Shown: one piece after another, positions 1 through 11,865 of the stretch | Position numbering within the stretch: the stretch's first letter is position 1 | How the letters are laid out: each line of letters opens with the position of its first letter | NCBI RefSeq assembly: GCF_964194155.1 | Contig: NC_135887.1 | Location: 128,960,001-129,024,000, forward strand | Direction: 5' to 3' | Source: Cetorhinus maximus | Lineage: Eukaryota | Length of the DNA: 64,000 nt | Notes under the pieces: generated by a model | Database searches by the model: none | Told to the model about the DNA's origin: nothing | The model's input: only the letters and a program-made list of their open reading frames with translations | Made by a program: the position numbers and the translations under genes

Positions 1-1482
1 TATTTCACTAAAACAATAGCTCTAAAATGAATAGCATGATAGGAACTGATAAGAAACAGGGAAATACAAAGTATTTTCAAAGTTGTGAGGTGGAAGTATT
101 ATGAGGCTTTGGTCCTCAGCTTTAGCCATACAATCTGGATGTATCAAATCTTAGGATGATGTTATACAAATAAAACTGTTGCAGCTGATCAGCCTTTAAT
201 ATAAAATAACAAAAGCTCTTCATACAAAAGGAAGTAAAAACACTCTTCATGATGGCACTGCAGAGTTTCCTGTTTACCTTGAATGGAATAAAGATGATTG
301 CGTGTCATAAAATCAAGAAGTAGTGAGATACTTTAACTACACAGTTTGAATATATTTATGCAGGCATATATCTATATTAAGATAAACATTACATCTGCTG
401 TTGGGCAAGGTGAAGCCTTAGCTAAAATTATTACTTGCAGTAGAGTTTTCACAGCATAAGGTACTCAGGCATTTTTTAAAACCACACTTTAATGAAAACC
501 TTGTGCAATCCAGTTATTCAGATTCTTTGCCAAAATAACATGAAGATCTGATGTAATCATTGGCTTCATGTCCCAGTGCTTAGAAAAATATGACTGTTGC
601 ATCATAGTCAAAGTGAAAAATAACATGCATTGAATATTATTTCTTGCTGCACTTGTGAGATCAAAGTAGCTGTGGTTGCTTATTCTTATTAATAACTTAT
701 TTTATCTAATGCAAGTTAGTTCCCATTAACAATAGATTAACCAACCATATTGTTGAAAATCCCAGCTAAAATCCCATTCCAACTCTCTAGGCTGAATTAT
801 ACAGGGTGCCATGGTCCTTGTGCCTCTACAACCCAGCTAAAAAGTTGGGGGTGGGTGGAGAAAAGAGACCTCCCAGGGAGAGAACAGTTACCCTGGAGTC
901 ATTTAATGTAGGCTGGAGGTGGGCTTGCCGCCCCTCAGAGACAGGAAATCTGCCTCAGGGAGCTGCCGGCCAGAGGCTGCAGCTCTTGATGCACCAGCGG
1001 CGCCAGTGGGAGAGATGGCCATTGCCGGTACTGCACTTGGACAATGAGGTGGCGAACTAGGGTGGATCGAAATTTTGTAGTGTTTGGGGACCGGTGAGGA
1101 GGGTGGGGGCTGGGGTTTGAGAGTCCATGGGGGAGAGGGCAACCTGGGGAGGGGGTTACACCTTGGTGAAGGGCTCCAATGTGCTCAGAGTGCCAGTTAA
1201 GTAGGGACTCCACTACCACCAGCCCACACAGGGGCCAGAATTTTACATTCGTCGGTCGGGCGGGCCCGATTGCCGCTGAAGAAATGGGCCGCGCCGCCAT
1301 TTTCCCCGGGCGGGCCAATTAAGGCCCACCCCGTGGGTAAGCGACTCCCGTGGAGAACGGGAAAATAGTCGCGGGGGCGGGCGGCCTCAGACTGCCGGTT
1401 CCAATGGGGAGCCGGCAGCCTGTTTGAGTGGCCAGGCAGCCTGCTTGAAGCAGTGCACCTCGGACACTCAGAGAGATAGAAA

Positions 1483-3535
1483 TGCTCCAAGGAGGGCAGA
1501 GGAGGAGGAGGTGGAGGAGGAGGGGACAGGCTGCAGGGGAGGCCAGCAGAGGGCCACTGTGCACCCAGATTGTCGGACGCATGCCTTGCTGTCCTCCTGG
1601 GAGAGGTGGGCCAGTGACGTGATGTTCTGTATCCTGAGGATGGGAGGAGGAGGGTCCCTCATGTTATCAGCCAGGCGTGGGAGGAGGTGGGCGAGGCTGT
1701 AAGTGCCCATGATGACGTCAGACGCACTGGCACACAGTGCCGAAAACGCTTCAATGATTTGCTGCGCTCCGGATGGGTGAGTACCATGTCTGTCTGGGCT
1801 ATTTAAGGCAGAGTGCAGCCTTAGCCTTTGCCGCCACCCCCCCACCATGTATGGCTGCCGTTACTGCATCTGTCGCACGCTGGGTGGGCAAAAGGGTACT
1901 GACAATGCTTACATCAGCCTTAGTAGTTGAGGAGAAGAAGGGCTTTCTGCACAGTGTATGTTAGTTTCTGTGGCATTTGAGTAGTTTGGGGGCAAGCTGC
2001 AGTGGGGGGGGTAGACACATACTCAGAACTCCAATACAAGTCAATTTTTGGGTGTTTGGGACCTCCTGCACCCTTTCAGCCAGTGCGCCCCACATTACAT
2101 TGTCCAGAAGGTCCTCAGCACCTCAGCTGTGAACCTCATGGCACTCAACTTAGATGAATGCCACCACGTTACTCATCCCTGCGCATAGGGGAAATGTTGC
2201 CTTCTGGCCACATGGTCTATGCCCCGCGTTACAGATTGAAGGGCAATAATATGACCTCTCAATCTCCTGAGTTCAGCGGAAAATGACGCAACTGGTTGAA
2301 ATGTTTCCTCAGCCGCACAACTATCCAGGCAACAATGCATCCACATCAGGTACCTCTGCACTCTCCTCACCCCTCTGGCTCTTTACAAGCCATGTGCCAT
2401 TCATGAGGCCATCTAACCAGCCTGTGGCGTTTAATGCTTGGGGCCCGTCTTGACTCATTTGGACCTCACCAATGTTCTTTTAAGGGTCTTTAAGGGTGAG
2501 CTACTTATGAGGGTGGGGGGAGGAAAGAGATGAAAGGTTGAAGTGAATGCACGCTAACTGATGCACTATCCTTGTTGTTAATTTCAGCATCACCACCAGA
2601 GCGACCCACACATCCTCAATGCAGCCCCCCCGCCCACACCTGAGGGGCAACATGTGCAACTTGTGGCACATCATTTCCACCAGCCAGGCACCAGCGCAGA
2701 TACACACACCTCGGTGGGGACTTTACCGTTGGCTAGTGTCCTGGGTCACAGTGGAGAGGGCACATCACGATCGCTGGAGGAGATGGTAGGGGCAGAGAGT
2801 GCCAATGGCTCCAGCAGCCGGAGGGCTGCAGGGGACGAGGCACATGCTGAGTCCAGCACTGATGACGTGGCTCTGGAGTTGTCCCCATTGCAGCAGCTGC
2901 AGGAAAGGTGGCAGGAAGTGCGTTTGCATCTGGCAGGGTTGCATGAGGGAATGGTTCAGTTGCTCTCTGAGACGGAGGAGTCTAGGCAGAGTGCATGCGA
3001 AGAATCCGCCCTCAGGGGAGAGCATCAGGATTCCTTCAATGAGAGATTGGAGACTCTCATAGAGAGCGGCTTCCATCAAATGGATCAAAATATGATTGGG
3101 TTACGCTCTGACCTGCAAGCCCTCATAGCGGTTCTGGCCACAGGTGGTGTTTTCCATTGTGGGAGATGTTGTGGTCACCAAGCACCGGCACTCGGTGCCC
3201 GTGCATCTGCAGTGAGCAGGGAGGTCGAAATGGATCTCACGTCGGCGCAGCAGCTGCCTGCCGTCACTGCGAGCTACTCTCATGGTGCTCTGGATGAGGG
3301 CAGCAGCTCCTCAGCCCCTCTGCCAGTCAACGTTGCTTCCATTGAGGCTGCGACAACTGGGGAGGTGCCAGTTCAGGAGCTGGCCAATCCCTCCCAGGCG
3401 GGGCCTTCACAGGCTCCACGGGCCAGAGGACGCCCGCCAAGGTCATCTAGGTCAATAGGACAGCAGAGTCAGCAGGCTGTCTCACAAGCCACTCCGAGCA
3501 ATGGGGCGGCACCTAGACGTAGCACACGGAAATGA
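1483..3535 (+). pseudogene. Harbinger Myb/SANT (MADF-like) DNA-binding partner gene, spliced and disrupted
   Basis: Exon 1, read across a stop and frameshifts, gives APRLSDACLAVLLGEV...WEEV...RRTGTQCRKRFNDLLRSG, then donor GTGAG at 1777. Acceptor TTTCAG ends at 2587. The last exon overlaps the 293-aa ORF 2654-3535 and is homologous to 55491-56340. The start position is uncertain. Confidence 0.78.
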
Positions 3536-3856
3536 AAACATAAGGCACCTTAGGCACTCCCCAGGTATGTCACTGGTGATTTTGTGTTGGCCTTAGAATA
3601 GGGACCCCTTTTTGTAACATTGTCGAATCATCATGTGGGTTTTCATTGTGGACAGAATAAAGTCCATCTTCGTCACCATGGCTGACGGTCTTTTCATTGT
3701 GGTGCTTTTTTCATTTTCAGATAATTATCATGAGTGTTAGAGTGGACATTGATGTTTCTGTACTAAGGCCTTAGTTGCAGCTGATCAGGTGGAAGATGTG
3801 GCACCTAAGTGGCACATTCCAGGCAATGCTGCTCCTGCTGATCCATGTGTGTGGAG

Positions 3857-5095
3857 CTAGCTGAAGGTTCTTTGGATTAAATTGTCCCAGGTGTCCCTGC
3901 CTCCTTGGTGTAGTAGCGGGTCGTCGTTGTGCCCCTCATCATCGCCCTGTGCTTCCTCATCCTCTGAGGCACTGCTGGATTCATCATGTGCAGCCTCATC
4001 CAGGGCGTCAAGGTCTTCATCGTCAACTGCATCCCCCCTTTCCAGCGCAAGATTGTGCAGGGTGCAGCAGACTACCACAATCAGAGAGACGCAATCTGGT
4101 GGGGTAATGGAGTGCGCCCCCTGAGCGGCCCAGGCAACGGAAGTGCATCTTGAGAAGACCAATGGCTCTCTCCACCACAGCCCTTGTGGTGCCCCGGCTC
4201 CTATTGTACTGATGCTCAGCTTCTGTTCTTGGACGGCGGAGAGGCGTCATGAGCCACCTTCGCAGGGGATAGCCCTTGTCACCCAGCAGCCAACCATCCA
4301 GCCGAGCCGGAGACCTGAAGAGCCCTGGCACCTGAGAGCATCTGAGGATGTAGGCATCTTGGGAGCTGCCTGGGAACCTTGCACAGACTCGTAAAATCTG
4401 CATCCTGTGATCACACACACTATCTGCACGTTCACGGAGTGGAATCCCTTCCTGTTGACAAAGACACCAGGCTCACCTGCTGACGCCTTGATGGCCACAT
4501 GTGTACAGTCTATAGCACCCTGGACGTGGGGGAATCCAGCAATGGCTGCGAAGCCTCTGGTTCGCTGTGTCTGGCTTGCCTGGTTGCAGCAGAAGTGGAT
4601 AAAGGTGGATACCCATCTGAACAGAGTGTCTGTAACCTGCTTGATACAAGTATGTACAGCTGATTGGGAGACACCGCAAAGATCACCCACCGAGCCCTGG
4701 AAGGAGCCAGAGGCATAGAAGTGGAGGGCAACTGTGAGCTTCAGAGCCGCTGGCATGGGGTGTCCACCCACACAGTTAGGGGAGATCTCAGGGCCAATCA
4801 TCTGACAGATATAGTTGACTGTCTCCCTTGAGAGTCGGAGCCTCCTTCAGTACTGCACCTCAGTCATATTGAGGTAGCTGCTTCGCTGCCTGTATACCCT
4901 GGCAGCAGGATAGTGGCGTCGTCTGCGGCCACTTGCACCTTGGACAACCTCTTGGCCCTGCGCCCCTTGTGCCTGCGCCTGGACACCCAAAGGTTCCTCC
5001 CTTGAACGCTGATTGTCCAGTCCTAGCCTCCTCCTGATTCTATCCCTCCCTTCCTCCTCAGGGGAGCTGCCTCCACTGGAGAGGTCAGAACCCAT
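3857..5095 (-). pseudogene. Harbinger/HARBI1-type DDE transposase, one in-frame stop and two frameshifts
   Basis: Motifs across ORFs 4847-5095, 4247-4801, 4023-4418 and 3857-4162: [77 protein letters not shown] and an acidic tail. TGA at 4847-4849 is in frame with the downstream ORF. Confidence 0.92.
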
Positions 5096-6389
5096 AGCCC
5101 CAGGCTAAATGGAGGCCTCCGGAAAGCTGCAAGGCCGAAAAAGAATGCTGTCTGCCGAATGCTTTCACTTTACACAAAAACCTCTTGGATATTGATCAGA
5201 ACTACTCACAATCATACAGGCAAGTTTTAAAAACTTTCATCAATTATAACTTGGTGAAAAACATGAACAACCCCTCTGAGTCCACATATCCCGACATTGC
5301 AAAAGTTTTCTTAAATATTCTCCTACCCACCTTCCCGTTGGGCCCGTGCATCAACCCGAAGTTCGCACGGGCCCCTCAAAATCGTACACAATTGGCAAGT
5401 TAAGGGGCTTAACGAGCCCTTCAATTAATGGCAGGCGAACTGATTGCGTCTGCCCTCTGAAATATCGCGATGGCGCGCGCTGACGTCGGCACATTTGCGC
5501 GTCATTTTATGCGCTGACATGTGGGCTACGCCATCCGCACGTCAGCCGGAAAATTCTGGCCAGGGAAAGTGAGATGGTCAATTGGCATGAGCCTTTCCTG
5601 CCACTGGTGGCAGGATGATACCCTTTAGTAGACCTTAATAGGCTCACTGATGGGTGTGCCACCTGCATATAATTGCAGTGGGGACAGAGGTGGGTGGGTA
5701 GGTGGCAGGTGAGCAGCCTGCTGGATTCAATATGCCTCTCCACCTTTAAACCCACCAGTTAGGAAGCATTAAATCCAGCCTCATGTGTCAGTGCTCCAGT
5801 AGATTTTATTTGCAGATGAGAGTGCCTCATGAATTAATACTGCACCCCTACTTAGGGGATTTGAAAGTTGCCACTATTAGGGGTGAGGCAAGGGGCAGCT
5901 TGAAAATCTATGGAGGAAAATATAGCATCATCCACCTTTATAATGCTTCCCATTAACACTAGTCAACATAATTCAAATAATTTCTTAACATACTTTATGT
6001 TACACATATGAAATTAATAGAGAAGTATGGAATCAAGATGAAAGATTTTGATAATCCACTTGTGGCTGTGTTCCCTACGAGCTATAGACTCTTTCTTGAG
6101 GTATCAGCTGATTTCGGAGGATATGTGAGACATTGATAGATGAGCTTGGTACCAATTTCTGCAGTTGACAAAACGCATCTGAGAGATTATATTTTTGCCG
6201 TTCTGCCTACAGTTCCTTGAGCTTATCACCATTTCTGACTGGCACAGTGGACATGCAGATCTTAGTAATGTTGTTATTCTCCTCCTGTTCAGTACCATCC
6301 CTTGAAGCATTATCTGACTCCTAGGCAACAGATACTTTTCATCACTCTAATGTGTGATTGAAAAAAATTGATTTGCAGTGAGGTGACTC

Positions 6390-6885
6390 GGAGCCAGGCG
6401 AACAAGTACCAAATTGATCTCAGCCTTTTCTTGGGGCCTCATGATCATAGATGTCACACTTCCATCAATTCTATTCACACCATGTGATATTAAGAAATGG
6501 CCGAAGACACTAGATACAGCAAAGGGTTTGAGCTCTGACAACATCCCAGGTATAGTACTGAAGACTTGTGCTGCACCCTTAGCAAAGCTGTTCCAGTACG
6601 GTTTCAGCACTGGTATCTACACTATAGCGTGGAAAATTCCCCAGGTACATCCTATCGACAAAAAGCAGGACAAATCCGATCTGGCCAATTACTACCCGAA
6701 CAGTCAATAATCAACACGCAAAGTGATGGAAAGTGTTGTCAACAGTGCTATCAAGTGGCACTTGCTCAGCAATCATCTGCTCACCATTAAGATAAAAGCA
6801 AAATACTTCGGATGTGCTCACCATTGTTCAGTTTGGGTTTCACCAGAGGCACTCAGCTCCACCCCTCTTTACAGCCTTGGTGTGA
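6390..6885 (+). mobile_element. LINE ORF2 fragment, same family as 57070-60145
   Basis: FTPCDIKKWPKTLDTAK...DNIPGIVLKTCAAPLAKLFQY...WKIPQVHP..KKQDKS.LANY matches 58650-58990. Confidence 0.8.
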
Positions 6886-6899
6886 ATACAGATGTTGAG

Positions 6900-7265
6900 A
6901 CTATTGGATTCTCTCTTGTTGGAAATGGTAATTGTCTGGCACAAATGTAATTTTCCACTTATCTATTCCACTAAGCCTGAATGTTGTCCAGATCTTGCTG
7001 CATGCAAGCACAAACTGTTTTATTATCTGAATGGTGCTGAAAACAGAAATCATTAGCAAAAATCCCCACTTCTGACTTTTCCTCCATCACAATGTCATTG
7101 ATGAAGCAGCGGAAGAGGATTGGGCCCAAGATACCACCCTGAGGAATTCCTACACTGATGCCCTGGGTCCACCATGATTGGCCTCCAACAGGTATAACCA
7201 TCTTCCTTTTGCACTAGGCATCACTCCAACCAGAGGAAAGTTTTCCCTGTGATTCCCATTGATTT
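6900..7265 (-). mobile_element. LINE reverse transcriptase fragment, same family, inverted
   Basis: GIPQGGILGPILFRCFIND...VGIFAND...MQQDLDNIQA (RT core) matches 59170-59420. Confidence 0.8.
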
Positions 7266-7911
7266 CAATTTTTTTAAATAAATGAAATATGAAGCATCAC
7301 TTTTGAATTCCAACCACTAAGAAAATATTTTGATTTGCCTTTCTCTACCACTTTGAATAATGGGGGTAGATTTCTGTGGAGGTACAGGATAGATCTAGCA
7401 TAAAGGAAATCTAAAGAAATGTTTTGTTCATTATCCCAAACATTATTAAAATTTACCTAGGTAACAATGTGCAAAGATATTCAAAGCTATATGAGATAAA
7501 AGAGTAGTGTAGTTTGAAATAAATATGCTGTAACATCGAGATCAGAGTAAAATAGATTAAAATAGTCTAGGTAAAAAGTTTTTTCATGAATTATGAAAAG
7601 TTATCATAAATCAATGCCAGTCTAGTACATGTAAAATAAATTTTATTTAGTTGTAGAAGCAGAATATACTACTTACATTCTGTATGCCTCAATTTATCAT
7701 TTGTTTTGTATATTGTCATTTTAGCACCTGAAATGAAAGTGAGCTAGATTCATGTGGCAAAGAAAAAATGTGGCCATTTGCTAAGGTATGCGGAGAATAC
7801 AGCATTTTAGAGTTTAACAGGATAGTCCACCAGCATTGGAATAGATAAATAGAGTGATGGCAAAAGCCATGTAGGTACCAGCTATTGTTTCAAAGTTAAT
7901 AGTGTGACTAC

Positions 7912-9502
7912 TGTAAGGAACATATCTTTATTTTTCTTGATTTCTGTGGGACTGTGGTTTTAAAAATTGGACTGTGGCTTTTAAAACTACCATGGCTGCA
8001 GTTGAAAGACATGTTCATTGGAACAGGATGAGGGATATACAACGTTGCTATCTCCTGGAACAGAGTGTGCCAGGTTGGACAAAATGGTGCCGGAAAGAAG
8101 TCCTGAACTAGGGGAAACTGCCTAGCAACAACATTTTAACTGGCTCTGGATCAGGTAACCAAGGTTGTGTGAGATAGCAATGAGTGGAGAGATCCTAGCC
8201 TGTAAAGAGAACACACCTAAAACCTCTCTCTCTCCTGTGTGTACGATTCCAATAAATCTACAAGGCTAGCTAGCTAGCTTTTTCTTCATATCTCTGTAAC
8301 CTGCTCTCTGAAAAAACCCCCGTCAAGAGGAAAAAGGGGAAAATCACCAGTAGAGACATTGAAAAGCAAGTTTTCAACCAGTGAACTACAGACTGAAAGT
8401 GTTGGAAGGCCATCTCGTGCCATTAAACAATGAACTACAAGGAATTTGGGAAGACATCAAACAAAATCAACCCATCTAATCCCGTAGTCTGGATTGGTGC
8501 TATTGAACTGTTTTACCTCACCCTTAAAATCCATGGAGAGGATCTTCCAGTCGGCGAGTGGGGGCGGGTCCCACTCGCGGAAGCGTAAATAACACGGGAT
8601 GACATCGGGCGGAACTCCCGACGTCATCCCGCGTCATTTCCATTTTCAGGTCGGCGGGGGAGCAATCAAGTCAGGTGTGCACCCGCTGACCTGTCAACAG
8701 CCTATTGAAGCCATTAATAAACCAATTTAGGTAATTGACAAGGCTGCCCGTCCAACCTTAAGGTTGGCGGGCAGGGCAGGAGCCCTGGCGGGTTTAAGAA
8801 AAAGCATGAAACCTCATCCATGGGCAGGATGGGGTTTCATGAGGGTTTTAAAAAATTTAGTAAAGGTTTGAGTTAAAGTGATGGACATGTCCCAGCTCAT
8901 GTGACAGTGTCACATGAGCGGACATATCAGGGAAATTTTTTAAACATTTGTCTTAAAAGTTTTAATTCCAAGGCAATCTCCCTGAGGCAGCACTTAGCTT
9001 CAGGGAGATCAGTGCACTCTTCTGCGTGCATGCGTGAAACAGCGCACTCCTGGCTGAGGGAATCCTCCCTCCCCCCCGCCTCAACCCACACAGGGAGCGC
9101 ATAGCGCTTCCTGGCAGACGTCATGCTGGGTGGGCCATATTTGGCCCGCCCACTTAAAATGGCAGCACGCCCACTCCTGCACTTCCCTCCCCTGACAGGG
9201 GGAAAATTTTTCCCCATGTTTTGTATGTCTTCTCTGTGTGTGTGTTTGTGTATAGGGATTAAGAAGGGGTAGAGTTTAAGTTATAGTTCATATTTCTTTT
9301 GCTACTGGTTAAAGACAATTTGTTTAATAAACAGTTATTTACTTGAGTTTACAAACCTGATGCTTATATTCTGTTAACCTAAATTAAAGAGTTTGGTAGA
9401 ATTGAGCAATTTCGTGGTCTAATCAAACTTTTCACATTTGTCACGGTTCAAGGAACAGTGGTGATTGATATTACAGCACACTATCCCCAGTGAGTCGTGA
9501 CA
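7912..9502 (+). mobile_element. Solo LTR (~0.9 kb) carrying a nested Harbinger MITE
   Basis: TGTAAGG...CGTGACA termini; 4-bp TSD CTAC (7908-7911, 9503-9506); AATAAA near 9326; paralogous copy at 33851-34768. Confidence 0.88.
8536..9215. mobile_element. Harbinger-family MITE
   Basis: TSD ATG (8533-8535, 9216-9218). The empty site is visible in the paralogous LTR near 34450. Homologous to five other copies in the window. Confidence 0.88.
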
Positions 9503-9914
9503 CTACCAATTTGTTAACCCAATTTCCTAGCAATGCCATTTTCAGCACAGAAGTGACAGAAATGAATAATTTGATGGCGAGATTGTAGTGGTAATGTTTT
9601 GATCTGAACACTTTACTGGAACTTTATTGAAAAAGAGCAATGTCACAAGGGATGGCAAGAAGTTTACTGATTCACTTAACTTTCAAACTGAAGAGAATGT
9701 TGCTTTCCAGACCATCTGTAACCAATTCAGCAGCCCTGAGCTTAGCCTATAGAGCCAAAGAAAACTTCAGTTTAAAAATGAATATAAGCAGCCATTGCAT
9801 CGGTTTTGGATTGGACCGATGATAGAACAAAAAGGCTCTACCTTTTTGACTCTAAAGTTAATTCTGCAATGATTTTGTGGTCAAATTAAAATTAACTGGT
9901 TGCTGCATGTGTTC

Positions 9915-10455
9915 CATAAAAACATGAAATGTAGGAGCAGTAGTAATCTATTTGGACTATTGAGTCTGCTCCGCCATTCAATGAGATCGTGGCTGATCTG
10001 ATAATCCTCAACTCCACTTTCCTGCCTTTTCCCCAATAACCCCACATTTCCTTACTGATTAAAAATCGGTCTATCTCAGCCTTGAATATACTTAATGGCC
10101 CAGCCTCTACAGCCCTCTGCGGTAAAGAATTCCACAGATTAACAACTCTCAGAGAAGAAATTCCTCCTCATCCCTGTTTTAAATGGGTGATCCCTCATTC
10201 TGAGATTATGCCCTCTGGTCCTAGACTCTCCCACAAGGGGAAACAACCTCTCAGCATTTACCCTGTCAAGCCCCCTAAGAATCTTATATGTTTCAATGAG
10301 GTCACCTCTCATTATTCTAAACTCCAATGAATACAGGCCCAACCTACTCAACCTCTCCTCATAAGAAAATCTCTCCATACCCAGGATGAACCTAGTGAAC
10401 CTTCTCTGGATTGCCTCCAATGCCAGTATATCTTTCTCTAGATAAGGGTTAAAAA
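9915..10455 (-). mobile_element. CR1 LINE 3' end
   Basis: KDILALEAIQRRFTR...YEERLSRLGLYSLEFR.MRGDLIETYKIL...TRGHNL...RRNFFS plus 3' UTR. Confidence 0.9.
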
Positions 10456-10499
10456 TGTAGTCAGGTTTTAATTTTGCTGTAAGAAATGGAAGCAATACC

Positions 10500-10925
10500 T
10501 TTGGCATTCTAGCATGGATAGAAGATTGGCTGTCTGGCAGGAGGCAGAGAGTGGGGATAAGGGGGTCCTTCTCAGGATGGCGGCCGGTGACTAGTGGAGT
10601 TCCGCAGGGGTCAGTGTTGGGACCACAACTTTTCACTTTATAAATTAATGATCTAGATGAAGGAACTGAGGGCATCCTGGCTAAGTTTGCAGATCTTTAG
10701 CCAGAGAGTGGTGAATCTATGGAGTTCATTGCCACAGAAGGCTGTGGAGGCCAGGTCATTGAGTGTATTTAAGACCGAGATAGATAGGTTCTTGATTGGT
10801 AAGGGGATCAAAGGTTACAGGGAGAAGGCGGGAGAATGGGGTTGAGAAACTTATCAGCCATGATTGAATGGTGGAGCAGACTCGATGGGCTGAATGGCCT
10901 AATTTCTGCTCCTATGTCTTATGGT
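10500..10925 (+). mobile_element. CR1 LINE 3' fragment with internal deletion
   Basis: [24 protein letters not shown]...KFAD jumps directly to FSQRVVNLW...FKTEIDRFL; tail CCTATGTCTTATGGTCT. Confidence 0.85.
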
Positions 10926-10949
10926 CTAATGGCATGAATTAATACTACT

Positions 10950-11590
10950 CCAAAAGCAAAATACTGCAGGTGCTGGAAATCTGAAATAAACACAGAAGAT
11001 GCTAGAAGTTCACAGCAGGTCTGGCAGAATCTGTGGAAAAACAGAGTTAACATTCCAGGTCGATGACCCTTCATCAGTACTGCAAAAGTTAGAAATGCAA
11101 TCTCTGTTATGTAGGTGAAATGGGGGAGGGTGCAAAGAACAAAAGGAAGGCCTGTGATCGGACAGAAGACATTAAATGACAAGCAGGTTGCAGGCAGACC
11201 CAAGAGAGTAGTTAAGGGACAAGTAAAGAAACAAAAATCTGGGCCCAGAGGAAGTTCGAATTGCAGGATAATGAACAGTTACCAATTGAAAACAGTTTGA
11301 GAATAACAAGATAAAAGCTGAGAGCTGTAAAGGACAGGAAACAAAACGGGAGGGCAGGAAGTTTGAACTGAATGTTGATTCCAGAAGACTGTAAAGTTCC
11401 TAAAAAAGAGGTGCTGTTCCTCAAACTTATGTTACGTTTCATTGGAACAATGCAATAGGCCAAGAACAGACATGTCAGTGAAAGGGCAGGATGGAAAATT
11501 AAAATGACATGCTACCGAAAGCTCAGGGTCATGCTTGCAGGCTGAACAGATGTTCTGCAAAACAGGTCATCCAATCTGTGTATGTCTCCC
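10950..11590 (-). mobile_element. Penelope-like element 3' portion with pseudo-LTR (older copy)
   Basis: Shares the terminal sequence AAAGCAAAATACTGC.G.TGCTGGAAATCTGAAA with 11730 and 26116; degenerate hammerhead at ~11046-11080; internal part similar to 12270-12450. Confidence 0.7.
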
Positions 11591-11826
11591 CAGTGGAGAG
11601 ATTCATTAGAAGCCCACTGCCTTCTACAGCTACCTCTACTACACTTGCTCCACCCTGCGTAAATGCCATTCCATTCTGCAGGTTTCTCCGTCGCATCTGT
11701 TCTAATGATGCAACCTTCATACCCAAGATAAAAGCAAAATACTGCATATGCTGGAAATCTGAAACAAAATCAAAAATTGCTGGAAACACTCAGCAGGTCT
11801 GAGAGCATCTGTGGAGAGGAAGACAG

Positions 11827-11865
11827 AGTTAACGTTTCGAGTCCGTATGACTCTTCATCAGAACT
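11827..11865 (-). ncRNA. Minimal type I hammerhead ribozyme motif (Penelope pLTR)
   Basis: Minus strand: AGUU-CUGAUGA-A-GAGUC(auacg)GACUC-GAAA-CG-UU-AACU. Confidence 0.75.

Larger units (their letters stand above)
1233..5561. mobile_element. Full-length PIF/Harbinger DNA transposon (two convergent genes, both disrupted)
   Basis: Perfect 12-bp TIRs GGCCAGAATTTT (1233-1244) and AAAATTCTGGCC (5550-5561); 3-bp TSD AGG (1230-1232, 5562-5564). Contains a Harbinger transposase on the minus strand and a Myb/SANT gene on the plus strand. Confidence 0.92.
790..5780. mobile_element. GC-rich MITE-like element (probably Harbinger-derived), split by the full-length Harbinger insertion
   Basis: Sharp AT-to-GC transitions at both ends. 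Termini GGCTGAATT (790) and AAATCCAGCC (5780) are imperfect inverted repeats. No clean TSD. Confidence 0.45.

Noticed and set aside
3857-5095. Possible domesticated HARBI1 or MSANTD host gene
   Set aside because: Lies inside TIRs with a TSD, carries a stop and frameshifts, and has multiple decayed relatives nearby.
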